This document shows positions 41,002 to 50,555 of a stretch of 64,000 nt of DNA, piece by piece. The notes beneath the pieces are model-generated. The model had not been told where the DNA came from and searched no databases. It was given only the letters and a program-made list of their open reading frames with translations. Numbering within the stretch: position 1 is the stretch's first letter; each line of letters opens with the position of its first letter. The position numbers and the translations under genes are program-made. Origin of the DNA: Candidatus Omnitrophota bacterium (GTDB lineage: Bacteria > Omnitrophota > Omnitrophia > Omnitrophales > Aquincolibacteriaceae); assembly GCA_043821445.1 (NCBI GenBank), contig JBDRCT010000003.1, forward strand, positions 5,440 through 69,439. The letters run 5' to 3'.

Positions 41002-42095
41002 TCTTCGCGAAGCCCCAGTCCCAGCGCTACGGGTAAGAGAGATGTATTCGTTTTGAGAAGTTCGGGATCAACGCCCGGGGCCCATTTGATCTTCGGAAGG
41101 ATGTCCATAGTCACGACCGGGATCTGCAATCCTTCGCTTAATGCCTTCAAAACGGCGGGATGAGACACTACACCGCTCAAAAAGAGTTTTGCGACAGGTT
41201 TCGATTGTCCGGATTGATCATGATAATAGTCAAAAGAAACACGCAGGTCCCGGATCAACCCTTCAAGACTTTCCGTGATCGCTTGCACTTCATCGGGCGC
41301 CAGAGTTCCATTATTTTCAAAAAGATTTTCGATCTTTTCATCCGCGAGACTGGAACGGGTCTTGAACCGCTTGAAAAGATCGTAGGCCCCGTAAGAAATG
41401 TCACGGACAAAGCGGGGCTTCCCTTCCCGGATGATCCCGAGGGTTGATATCTCAGTGCCAAGGTCCAAAATGCCGCTGTGCCTAGAGAAATCTTCGAGGT
41501 GAAAATATTCCAAGGCGGCCATCGCCGAAAGAATGTCGACGTCCACCACCGACAGGCGGCATTCCAAATTACGGAAGATCTCAAGCGTCGGCTCAAGTTC
41601 CTGGCGTTTGATGGCGACCAACATTACTTCCATCTTTACGCCGTCATCGGTCGCGAAGGCCTCCTCCACCACCGCACAATCGAGCACCACATCGTTCAGC
41701 TCGAACGGAATGTACTGCTCGGCTTCGTATTTCATGGCACTGCGGAGATCATCGGCTTTCATTTTCGGAAAAGGGATGAAACGGATCACAACTCCGTGCC
41801 CCTTGAGGGCCACGCGGATCCCGTCCTTCCGGAACTTCTTTCCGTCCAGGAACGGTTTCAGGATCAAGGACGGTTTCTGGTCCTGGGAAGCGTTCTTGAT
41901 AATATCGAGATGATGAACAAAAAGATGTCCGGGACGTTTTTCAAGTTCAAGCAGTACCGTCCGCATGCGGCCAAGATCACACGCCGTGACCTTAGAAACC
42001 GCCGTTTTTTTCGACAGGATCATGGATGTAACACCATTTAAAAAATTTGAGAACTGTTGATCGGGCGAAGCCAACTTGTTGGAATCGTTATTCAT
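40998..42095 (-). CDS. pilM: type IV pilus assembly protein PilM
   Basis: EAEQYIPF....VVLD, V.LVA.K, LDLG, ALGLGLR. Confidence 0.88.
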   Translation of the reverse strand: MNNDSNKLASPDQQFSNFLNGVTSMILSKKTAVSKVTACDLGRMRTVLLELEKRPGHLFVHHLDIIKNASQDQKPSLILKPFLDGKKFRKDGIRVALKGHGVVIRFIPFPKMKADDLRSAMKYEAEQYIPFELNDVVLDCAVVEEAFATDDGVKMEVMLVAIKRQELEPTLEIFRNLECRLSVVDVDILSAMAALEYFHLEDFSRHSGILDLGTEISTLGIIREGKPRFVRDISYGAYDLFKRFKTRSSLADEKIENLFENNGTLAPDEVQAITESLEGLIRDLRVSFDYYHDQSGQSKPVAKLFLSGVVSHPAVLKALSEGLQIPVVTMDILPKIKWAPGVDPELLKTNTSLLPVALGLGLREE

Positions 42096-42133
42096 GAGAG
42101 AGAGATTAACAGAAAATCTCCAAGAAAACAGCC

Positions 42134-42168
42134 AAAAAAAACCCGCCCTGCTTTTTTCAAGCAGGGCG
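42134..42168 (-). terminator. intrinsic terminator after the pilin gene
   Basis: 10-bp stem cgccctgctt/aagcagggcg followed by a T-tract on the minus strand. Confidence 0.8.
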
Positions 42169-42201
42169 AGTCGAAAACCACTTTGTCTTGTTCCTTACTG
42201 A

Positions 42202-42681
42202 TTACCCACCAATGGCCGTACCACCCGCGCAACCCGTATCGGCCGCGGTCGGCGCTACACCTGCCGTCGGACCATAAACAACACCCGCCTGGTCAATGCA
42301 GTAGGTGTTTTCCGCAGCAGCCGTCGGCGTCGCCAGCAGAGAATACGTGCTGGAAGGAGAGGCGACCGTAAGGTACGTCAGAGTGAACCCATGCTTGACT
42401 CCGGCTTCGACCCACGAATCATCAAGATACGCAGGGCCCGTCGCCGGAGCGGTCGTCAATGCGGCAATATCAGCCGGATAGTCCGGAGGATTCTGCGCGG
42501 CACGATAACTTTCAGCAGCTCCGCTGAATGTCCTCAGATCCGACTTGATGGCACCCTCATTGGCATTGATTCGCGCCCGGAGAAGATTGGGGATGGCAAT
42601 AGCGGCCAAGAGCCCGATGATCGCAACTACGATCATGATCTCCACCAGCGTAAAACCCTTCCTATTTAATTTGATAAACAT
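42202..42681 (-). CDS. pilA: type IV major pilin
   Basis: KG^FTLVEIMIVVAIIGLLAAIAIP prepilin motif, AGGAGG SD, own terminator, C-terminal Cys pair. Confidence 0.9.
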   Translation of the reverse strand: MFIKLNRKGFTLVEIMIVVAIIGLLAAIAIPNLLRARINANEGAIKSDLRTFSGAAESYRAAQNPPDYPADIAALTTAPATGPAYLDDSWVEAGVKHGFTLTYLTVASPSSTYSLLATPTAAAENTYCIDQAGVVYGPTAGVAPTAADTGCAGGTAIGG

Positions 42682-42872
42682 GTTATTCCTCCTGTTTCTA
42701 TGTTTGCCACTGCCTACTACTAGCCTAAGCTGGTATACATCATACGACAATACGTTGGATAACTAAACTAGTTTTTTTGTTATCCGAGTTATATCCCACA
42801 ACTTTAATAAGCATCACTGAAGGGCCCTGAGGCAGATTCCTGCATGTTTTTGCGTCGGGAGGAAGGATTTCC

Positions 42873-44114
42873 TTATTTGATCGCCTGAGTAAGCGTAAGG
42901 ATGGGAAGAAAGAGAGCGATCACGATACCGCCGATCACGATACCCAGAAAAGCAATAATGAGCGGTTCGATGAGAGATGTAAGACCGGAAACAGCAGTGT
43001 CCACTTGGGTGTCATAAAAGTCCGCGATCTTTGTAAGCATCTCTTCCAATTCTCCGGTTTCTTCTCCGATCGCGATCATACGAACGACCATGGAGGGAAA
43101 GATATCGCTTTTCTCGAGTGGGCTGGCAATGCTTTCTCCGCGCTTCACGGATCCCATAAGATCCGTAATGACTTTTTCGATCCGGGCATTCCCTGAAGTT
43201 TTAGAAACGATCTCCAGAGCCGCGAGGATCGCCACGCCGCTACGCAATAGCGTGGAAAGTGTGCGCGCAAACTTGCTAACCGCCACTTTTAAAATGATCG
43301 GGCCGAAGATAGGCATGCGAAGTGTGAAGGAGTCCCAAGGCAACCGGCCCATCGGAGAGCGAACGAATTGCCGGAACAGGAAAATACTTCCGCCCAGGAC
43401 GGAGAGGATCCACCACCAATTCGCCGCAAGATAGTTACTGATACTGATCAGGATCTGAGTTGGCGTAGGCAGTTTTGCGTTGAGACCTTCAAAGATCGTT
43501 GCGAACTGCGGGATCACGAAGGCAAGCATGAAGAACGTGATCCCGAAGGCCATGACCGAAACGGCCGTCGGGTACATCACCGCAGCTTTGACCTTTTTTT
43601 GAAGGGCGCTGGACTTTTCGAAATAATGGGCCACGCGGTCCAGGATCTCCTGCAACTTCCCGCTCATCTCACCCGCACGGACCATATGAATGAAAAGCGC
43701 CGAAAAGACTTTTTGGTGCACTTGCATAGCTTCGGAAAGACTTTTACCGGTTTGGAGGTCGCTATGCATCCTCCGAAGAACCAGCCGGAACTTCTCCTTA
43801 TCCATCTGTCCGGCGAGAATGTCCAGAGCCTGGATCAAGGGGATCCCTGCTGCGACGAGCGTGGCCATTTGCCTTGAAAAGATCACAAGGTCGTCCAACT
43901 TGATTTTCCCGGACTTTCCCTGCCGGATCTTGGGAGGGGCCGACCCCTTCTGAATACTCAGGATGGCAGATCCCTTCTTGGCCTGTTCCACACGGACTAC
44001 AAGATAGCCCTGCGTCTTCAGCTGGTGGACGAGCTCTTGCACGTCCTGGGCGTCCTGGAAGCCCTTCAGATCTTTTCCCGTCTTATCCTTGACCCAATAT
44101 TCAAACGATGGCAT
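42873..44114 (-). CDS. pilC: type IV pilus platform protein PilC (T2SS F family)
   Basis: FSRQMATLV.AGIPL, GE.SG.L, A.MYP, GEETG.L..ML, EPL.I. Confidence 0.93.
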   Translation of the reverse strand: MPSFEYWVKDKTGKDLKGFQDAQDVQELVHQLKTQGYLVVRVEQAKKGSAILSIQKGSAPPKIRQGKSGKIKLDDLVIFSRQMATLVAAGIPLIQALDILAGQMDKEKFRLVLRRMHSDLQTGKSLSEAMQVHQKVFSALFIHMVRAGEMSGKLQEILDRVAHYFEKSSALQKKVKAAVMYPTAVSVMAFGITFFMLAFVIPQFATIFEGLNAKLPTPTQILISISNYLAANWWWILSVLGGSIFLFRQFVRSPMGRLPWDSFTLRMPIFGPIILKVAVSKFARTLSTLLRSGVAILAALEIVSKTSGNARIEKVITDLMGSVKRGESIASPLEKSDIFPSMVVRMIAIGEETGELEEMLTKIADFYDTQVDTAVSGLTSLIEPLIIAFLGIVIGGIVIALFLPILTLTQAIK

Positions 44115-44117
44115 AGC

Positions 44118-45812
44118 TCACTCCCGGCTTGCAACGCGAAGCACTTCCTCGAGCGTGGTCACCCCGGATTTAAAGAGTCCCAGTGCGTTCTCGAAGAGTG
44201 TCTCCATTCCCTTTTCAACGGCAAGCTGATGAATAACATTACTCGATTTTTTCCGGATTACAAGCTCCCGGATGTCCGGGTCCACAAGCAGCACTTCACT
44301 TGCGCCGGTCCTGCCAAAATATCCCGTCATGTTGCACTTGATACAACCCTTTCCCGTGAACGGGGCGATCCTGTCCAATTCCGACTTGGAAAATTTACAG
44401 CGAAACAGGACTTCCGCGGGTATGACGGCCGGGGCCCTGCAATTCGGGCAGATCTTCCTGAGTAGACGCTGGGCGCCAACGCATACGACCGACGAGGCGA
44501 TCAAAAAAGGCTCCACTCCCATATCGATAAGACGTGTCATCGCACCGGCCGCGCTATTCGTATGAAGTGTGCTGAACACTAGGTGCCCGGTCAAGGCGGC
44601 TTTTACCGCAATATCGGCAGTCTCCGAATCGCGGATCTCTCCCACCAGTACAATGTCCGGACTTTGGCGCAAGAGAGCGCGTAAACCGTTCGCGAACGTA
44701 AGCCCGATCTCCGGTTGCACCTGCGTCTGCGTGATCCCTTCAACCTGATATTCGACAGGATCCTCTACGGTCATTAAATTCTTTTGCGGCGTGTTCAGAG
44801 AGTTAAGGATCGAATATAGAGTGGTGGATTTCCCACTGCCCGTCGGCCCGGTGATCAGGATCATCCCATAAGGCTTTTTGACCGCCTCAGCAAGAGCACG
44901 CGTCGGTTTTTCCGTAAAACCAAGCTTGTCAAGCCCCGTCCTGATCCCGCTCCGGTCCAGAACGCGCAACACCATTTTCTCGCCGAAATAGGTTGGCAAC
45001 ACGGAAACACGAAAATCGATCTGCCGGTCCTTGAGTAATAACCGGAACCGCCCGTCCTGGGGTAAACGTTTTTCAGTAATATCCAAAAGAGAAATGATCT
45101 TCGCCCGCGCCACGAGAGCGGGATAAAGCTCCAAGGAATGAGAAAACGACTCTTTCAAAACCCCGTCGACACGGTACCGAATACGGAATTCTTTTTCATA
45201 AGGCTCGAAATGGATGTCGGACGCGCGCGATTTGAGGGCTTTTTCGAGAATGAAGTTGACCATCTTGATGACGGGTGCATCATCGACTCCGGCCTGCACG
45301 ACAGACGGCAACTCCGTTTCATTCTCTCTGACAAGCTCCAGGCTGTCTGCGTCTTTTTCGGTAATGAACTCAGAAAAGTTTTTGCTTTCCGCGTAATGGT
45401 CGCTGATGGCAGCGGCGATCCGTGCAGGCGTGACCAATACCGGACTCACATCGCATCCCGTCAGATGCTTGATATCATCGAAAACCCTCAGTTGGAATGG
45501 ATCGCTTGTGGCCACGGTCACAAGTTTCCCGACGCGTCCTACCGGAAAAACATGATGCAGCTCAATGAATTTCCGTGAAAACATCCTCAGGACTTCTAGA
45601 TCGAACTGCATTCCGTGGAGATTCAAGGTGGGGATCTCAAGTTGAGCGCTCAAAAAATCCATGACCTCTTCTTCCAACAGGATCTTTTCTGAGAGGATAA
45701 TTTTCAAAATGCTTTCATTGTGTTTCTGTGCCGTCTGTTCCAAACGGTCACACTCCCCGTCGGAAAGCCCCATTGTTTTCACCCATGCTCGAACGATTTG
45801 CTTGTCGATCAT
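44118..45812 (-). CDS. pilB: PilB/GspE ATPase (copy 2)
   Basis: ASDIH.EP, PQDGR, GPTGSGKSTT, LRQ.PDI.LVGEIRD, TGHLV.STLHTN, tetra-Cys. Confidence 0.92.
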   Translation of the reverse strand: MIDKQIVRAWVKTMGLSDGECDRLEQTAQKHNESILKIILSEKILLEEEVMDFLSAQLEIPTLNLHGMQFDLEVLRMFSRKFIELHHVFPVGRVGKLVTVATSDPFQLRVFDDIKHLTGCDVSPVLVTPARIAAAISDHYAESKNFSEFITEKDADSLELVRENETELPSVVQAGVDDAPVIKMVNFILEKALKSRASDIHFEPYEKEFRIRYRVDGVLKESFSHSLELYPALVARAKIISLLDITEKRLPQDGRFRLLLKDRQIDFRVSVLPTYFGEKMVLRVLDRSGIRTGLDKLGFTEKPTRALAEAVKKPYGMILITGPTGSGKSTTLYSILNSLNTPQKNLMTVEDPVEYQVEGITQTQVQPEIGLTFANGLRALLRQSPDIVLVGEIRDSETADIAVKAALTGHLVFSTLHTNSAAGAMTRLIDMGVEPFLIASSVVCVGAQRLLRKICPNCRAPAVIPAEVLFRCKFSKSELDRIAPFTGKGCIKCNMTGYFGRTGASEVLLVDPDIRELVIRKKSSNVIHQLAVEKGMETLFENALGLFKSGVTTLEEVLRVASRE

Positions 45813-47578
45813 GGGCCGCCCCCTCTGGGTGGTAACCCAGCATCCGCTATCGTAACGCGGAAAACCTCATCGAGCGATGTTTCGCCCGTTAGGGCCTTTT
45901 GGACCGCAGATTCGCGCAGCGTGTTCATTCCGTGTTCTCGGGCTCTGGCCTTGATCGCATCCGCGGACGCACCTTGCATGATCAGCTCCAAGATATCCGG
46001 CTTCATTTCCAGGATCTCGGTGATCACGCTCCGGCCCTGATATCCCAGTTGGCGGCACTGCGAACAGCCTTTGGCTTTCCAGAGCTGGACCTTCTTTTTC
46101 GGATCCAGGTTCAGGAACTTATACATATCCGGTTCTAGATCGTATGCGAAGCGGCAACGCGGGCAGAGGCGGCGCACCAAACGCTGGGCCGAGATCATCA
46201 GCACCGTCGACGCAATCAGGAACGGCTCTAGTCCCAAATTCGCCATGCGGGTCACAGAACTCACCGCATCGTTGGTGTGAAGCGTGCTCAAAACGAGATG
46301 ACCCGTAAGCGCGGCCTTGACGGCGATATCGAGCGTTTCCGCATCGCGGATCTCCCCGATCAAGATAATGTCAGGATCTTGACGCAGGATCGAACGGAGA
46401 GCCGCGGGAAACGTCAACCCAATGGATTCGCGAACATTGACCTGATTGATACCGGCTATCTGATATTCCACAGGATCCTCGACGGTCGTGATATTGACCT
46501 GTGGAGAATCCAAATACTTAAGGACCGAATAAAGTGTGGTCGTCTTCCCGCTCCCGGTCGGCCCGGTCACGAGGATCATCCCATGCGGCTTCTTGGCGGA
46601 AGTCCGGATCACCTCCTGCTCTGATGCCGTAAACCCGAGTTTTTGAATGTCATGAGACTGTGCCCCGGTATCCAAAATGCGTAAGCAAACTTTTTCGCCG
46701 AAGCTGGAAGGCAATATGGAAACGCGCATGTCCACTTCCCGGCCCTGAGTTCTCACTTTAAAACGGCCATCCTGAGGCACTCGATGCTCCGCAATATTGA
46801 GCTGACTCATGATCTTGACGCGGGAAACAATGGCATCGCCAAAACTTTTTTGGGGTCTTACGATCTCTTCGAGAATACCGTCAATGCGCATGCGGATCCG
46901 GACAAAACCTTCCCAGGGTTCAATGAAAATATCGCTCGCACGGCGACGCACCCCCTCCACGAGCGCCATGTTGACAAGTTTCACGACTGGGGCCTGGTTC
47001 GCCTGCTCCATGAGGTCCGAGGCCTGCTGCTGCTTATCGAAGATCGCTTCGCTTTCGACCATATGGGCAAGAGAGATGAGGTCTTCGGTGCCTTCATCCG
47101 GAACGGGTTCTTCCAAGACAGCGGTCTCTCCCTGATAGGATTTCTGTATGTATTCCTTGAGCTGGGAATATTCCGCCACCGAGACCCGGATACGCTTTCC
47201 GGTCAAGGAGTGAAGTTCATCCAAAGTCTTTAGATTGGTCGGATTCGCAACCGCGACCGTCAACGTATTTTCATAGAGAACGATCGGGAGACACACATAG
47301 GCCTCCGCGATCTTCCGGGGAATGAGTTCCAGGACTTCTTTGTGAATGATAAGCATTTTGAGACTGACGATACGATAGCCGTACTCTTTACAAAGAATGT
47401 CCACGAGTTTTTTTTCGTCGCATTTTCCTTTCTGAAGAAGAATGTCCAGAAAATGGAGCTTTTTCGAGCTCTTGGCCTGCTCCTGGATCGCCTGCTGAAG
47501 TTCCCCTGAATTGACGACCCCGAACCGAAGAAGGGCTTCTTTCAGGTCCGGCAATGAACTTCGCTTGGGGTCCGTCAT
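45809..47578 (-). CDS. pilB: PilB/GspE ATPase (copy 1)
   Basis: ASDI..EP, PQDGR, GPTGSGKTTT, LRQDPD, TGHLV.STLHTN, tetra-Cys. Confidence 0.92.
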   Translation of the reverse strand: MTDPKRSSLPDLKEALLRFGVVNSGELQQAIQEQAKSSKKLHFLDILLQKGKCDEKKLVDILCKEYGYRIVSLKMLIIHKEVLELIPRKIAEAYVCLPIVLYENTLTVAVANPTNLKTLDELHSLTGKRIRVSVAEYSQLKEYIQKSYQGETAVLEEPVPDEGTEDLISLAHMVESEAIFDKQQQASDLMEQANQAPVVKLVNMALVEGVRRRASDIFIEPWEGFVRIRMRIDGILEEIVRPQKSFGDAIVSRVKIMSQLNIAEHRVPQDGRFKVRTQGREVDMRVSILPSSFGEKVCLRILDTGAQSHDIQKLGFTASEQEVIRTSAKKPHGMILVTGPTGSGKTTTLYSVLKYLDSPQVNITTVEDPVEYQIAGINQVNVRESIGLTFPAALRSILRQDPDIILIGEIRDAETLDIAVKAALTGHLVLSTLHTNDAVSSVTRMANLGLEPFLIASTVLMISAQRLVRRLCPRCRFAYDLEPDMYKFLNLDPKKKVQLWKAKGCSQCRQLGYQGRSVITEILEMKPDILELIMQGASADAIKARAREHGMNTLRESAVQKALTGETSLDEVFRVTIADAGLPPRGGGP

Positions 47579-47593
47579 GATCGCCTTTTCATA

Positions 47594-48037
47594 TCAGGAT
47601 GTCTCGTGATAAATGAAAAAGATCGCATTCAGAACTTCGGAGATCCGGGCAAGGAACACCTGGGGAATGCGCCCGGTCATCGTCCGGATCTTCTCAACGG
47701 CCGTGTCGTTCATGGGGTCCGTCATCGCGACATACACCTTTTTATGATCGCAATCGAACGCTACAACCATGTTCTCATGGCAAAAACCCGCCGTCAGCAT
47801 ACCGGCCATGTCGGGATTGATCGCGTAATTCCTAAGCGGGATATAAGGCATTTTGAACTGCCTGCACAAAGCGCCGATCAGCGACTCCTCGTCCACAAGC
47901 TTTTTTTCAATGAGGATCTGGCCGATCATGCCGCCCTTTTCTTTCTGAAAGGCAAGGGCCTCCTCCAACTGAGCTTTGGACAAAAGCCCATCCTCGATCA
48001 AGATCTCTCCGATCTTTTTCTTTTTTTTGGGTTCCAT
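47594..48037 (-). CDS. stand-alone MshEN (T2SSE_N) domain protein
   Basis: KIGEILIEDGLL....LEEALAFQ...IGQILIEKKLV....L..AL..Q; AM.DP motif; no ATPase domain. Confidence 0.85.
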   Translation of the reverse strand: MEPKKKKKIGEILIEDGLLSKAQLEEALAFQKEKGGMIGQILIEKKLVDEESLIGALCRQFKMPYIPLRNYAINPDMAGMLTAGFCHENMVVAFDCDHKKVYVAMTDPMNDTAVEKIRTMTGRIPQVFLARISEVLNAIFFIYHETS

Positions 48038-48116
48038 TTTACCCCTTGTTCAATTCACTTATCTTTAAGTAACGGCACAAGTTGTAAAGAATTTTATGTT
48101 TTTTGCCCGTACTTCC

Positions 48117-48800
48117 CTAAAAAAACCGCTGGAGAGGACATCTTTCACAGCGGGGAACTTTCCGGCAATGATCTTTCCCCGTCCGGACGATCTGGGCGTG
48201 GAAATCGTTATAAAGGTCCCGGTTTTCCGGCAATGCCCGCATGAAGATCTCCCGCCATTGTTCATAGGTGTCACGGTCTTTGGCCAGCCCATGTCTGGAA
48301 AAGATCCTTTTGGTGTAAGCGTCGATCACGAAGGACATCTTACCCAACGCGTAAAGAAGGATGGAATCTGCCGTCTCAGGTCCCACTCCTTTGACAGTGA
48401 GAAGTTTTTTGCGAAGCACAGGCATTGTTTTCCGTTTCAGTTTTGAAAGATCACCCCGGCATTCCTGTTCCAAAAAATCCATGAAAGCCTTGAGCCGGTC
48501 CGCCTTGACGTTGAAGTATCCGGACGGCCGGATCAACTGTGAAAGCTTCTTTGCCGGGATCCGGCGCAGGGCTTCAAACGAAAGCTTCCTGGCTTCCTTT
48601 AGATTCAGAATCGCTTGTTCGACATTCGTCCAGGCGGTATTCTGCGTCAGGATCGCCCCGATCATAACCTCAAAAGGGGTGTCCCCCGGCCACCACCGCT
48701 GATGTCCAAAAGCCTTCCGCAAGGCCGTGTAAACCAGGCGAAGCTGTGAAGTTTTAAGTTTACGCTTTTTTTGACAAGGGATAGGTTTCAAGGATCTCAT
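48117..48800 (-). CDS. endonuclease III-related HhH-GPD DNA glycosylase
   Basis: WWP...FEV..GAILTQNT.W.NV, KGVGPETADSILLYA, 4Fe-4S C-x4-PxC-x2-CP; start uncertain. Confidence 0.88.
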   Translation of the reverse strand: MRSLKPIPCQKKRKLKTSQLRLVYTALRKAFGHQRWWPGDTPFEVMIGAILTQNTAWTNVEQAILNLKEARKLSFEALRRIPAKKLSQLIRPSGYFNVKADRLKAFMDFLEQECRGDLSKLKRKTMPVLRKKLLTVKGVGPETADSILLYALGKMSFVIDAYTKRIFSRHGLAKDRDTYEQWREIFMRALPENRDLYNDFHAQIVRTGKDHCRKVPRCERCPLQRFF

Positions 48801-49353
48801 ACCGAACGCCTTCCGGAAGAAGGTGACTTTGATAGAGAACAAAATGATCTGCGGTTTTTGCCGGGGTCGGCCATTCGAACGGGATCTTCGTCATGAGCGG
48901 CTTAAAATCTTTGCTTTTCCACTTCACGCGACCAATCGTCGCATGCGGCTGGAACGGCCTTGCTTCGATCTCAAAGCCAAGCGTCCGAACCTCCCCCTGA
49001 ATAGCCTTTTGCAAGGAAAGAAGTTTTCCGGCGTGTTCCTCGACCTTAAGCCAAATAATATTCGGCCTTTCAAGGCTTGGGAATCCCCCGACCCGGCCCA
49101 AGCTCAAATGAAGAGGTGAAAAAAGAGACGCTACCTTTTTGGAAAAAAGACGGATTAGTTCGACCTCTTTTGTGGAAACGGAGCCGAAAAAATGAAGCGT
49201 CAGATGGACCTTCAAGGGCTCGACCCATCGGACACCGGAAACCTCGTGGCGAAGCGGGCCCAGGAGGTTCTCTATTTCTTGACGGAAGATCTCATGGAGA
49301 GGAATCGCGAGGAATACCCGCGCCCGGGCCTGTTTTAGCAGATCTTCCGCCAT
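48760..49353 (-). CDS. thpR: RNA 2',3'-cyclic phosphodiesterase (2H family)
   Basis: R.FLAI, HLTLHF, PHATIGR; follows cinA. Confidence 0.9.
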   Translation of the reverse strand: MAEDLLKQARARVFLAIPLHEIFRQEIENLLGPLRHEVSGVRWVEPLKVHLTLHFFGSVSTKEVELIRLFSKKVASLFSPLHLSLGRVGGFPSLERPNIIWLKVEEHAGKLLSLQKAIQGEVRTLGFEIEARPFQPHATIGRVKWKSKDFKPLMTKIPFEWPTPAKTADHFVLYQSHLLPEGVRYEILETYPLSKKA

Positions 49354-50555
49354 AGGTATTCAAGCGCTTTCGTCGCGGCCTTCTCCTGGATCTGATGACG
49401 CTCCCCCCAGAAAACATGCTTCCAGGTCCGGACCGTTCCGTCAGGTGACGCAAGACCGATATAAACAAGGCCAACCGGTTTCCGGGAACTTCCACCGCCG
49501 GGCCCGGCAATCCCTGTAATGCCGACGCCGAAATTGGATCCCATGCGGATACGGACCGATTTTGCGAGCAGCGAAGCGACCTCTGCTGAAACCTCCCCGC
49601 GCTCCCGGATGAGTGTTTTCGGAACGCCAAGATCCGTTTTCACGTCCGCATGGTACGTAATCACTCCCCCGCGAAAATAAGCGCTGGCTCCGGAATACGC
49701 CGTAATGCGCGAGGCCAAAAGCCCGCCTGTGCAGCTTTCCGCGACGGCCAGTGTTTGCTTTTTTCTTGTCAGGATCTTTCCGATCACGATGGAAAGAGGC
49801 GTTTCATCCCAGCCGTAAATCCAGTTCTTGAGCCGGGTCGCGATCTTTCTTTTGAGCCGCCCGAGAACAGTGGTTTTCTCCGAAAGAATGCAGATCGCGA
49901 TCTCACCGGCCGAGGGATAGATCCCGAAATCGAACGGATCGTCAAAAAAATCTTTTCCGAGCCTTTTCATCACATCGGGTTCCGAAATACCGACTATTCT
50001 TACGATCAATTTCCGGCTTTTAAAAAGGTTCCCGTACTTCTTTTTCAGGAATGGCAGGACCACGTCAAAATACATGTTTTGAAGCTCCGAAGGAACGCCG
50101 GGAAGCGCGATCACGATCTTGGATCCGGTCTCGACCAAAAATCCGAGCGCGATCCCAAAACGATTAACGAGGGGTTTCGCGTTCTCGGGATAAAAGGCTT
50201 CGCGTTTGACAAGAGGAGGAATGCGTTTACCGTAACGTTTATAGACTTTTTGCAAATGGCTGTACTGCCGGGCTGAAAAAACAAGGGGGACCTTGAAATG
50301 CGCGGCGATACCTTCACGGGTCACATCATCGGGCGTCGGCCCGAGCCCCCCCATCATGATGACCAGATCCACGCGACGGAGCACCTCGCCCAGCCGGAAA
50401 CGGATTGCCTCCATCGAATCCGGGCAGACGCCGTGGGAGATGACCTCGAACCCGAGGCCGGAGAGCTCACGGCCGAGGAATGCGGCATTTGTGTTGACCA
50501 CGCTCCCGCGCAAAACTTCATTGCCGACAGAGAGGATAGCGGCCGTGGGCTTCAT
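49335..50555 (-). CDS. cinA: CinA family protein (MoCF domain plus NMN deamidase)
   Basis: GNE.L.G..NTN, GGLGPTPDD.T, AESCTGG, ITGIAGPGG. Confidence 0.95.
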   Translation of the reverse strand: MKPTAAILSVGNEVLRGSVVNTNAAFLGRELSGLGFEVISHGVCPDSMEAIRFRLGEVLRRVDLVIMMGGLGPTPDDVTREGIAAHFKVPLVFSARQYSHLQKVYKRYGKRIPPLVKREAFYPENAKPLVNRFGIALGFLVETGSKIVIALPGVPSELQNMYFDVVLPFLKKKYGNLFKSRKLIVRIVGISEPDVMKRLGKDFFDDPFDFGIYPSAGEIAICILSEKTTVLGRLKRKIATRLKNWIYGWDETPLSIVIGKILTRKKQTLAVAESCTGGLLASRITAYSGASAYFRGGVITYHADVKTDLGVPKTLIRERGEVSAEVASLLAKSVRIRMGSNFGVGITGIAGPGGGSSRKPVGLVYIGLASPDGTVRTWKHVFWGERHQIQEKAATKALEYLWRKIC

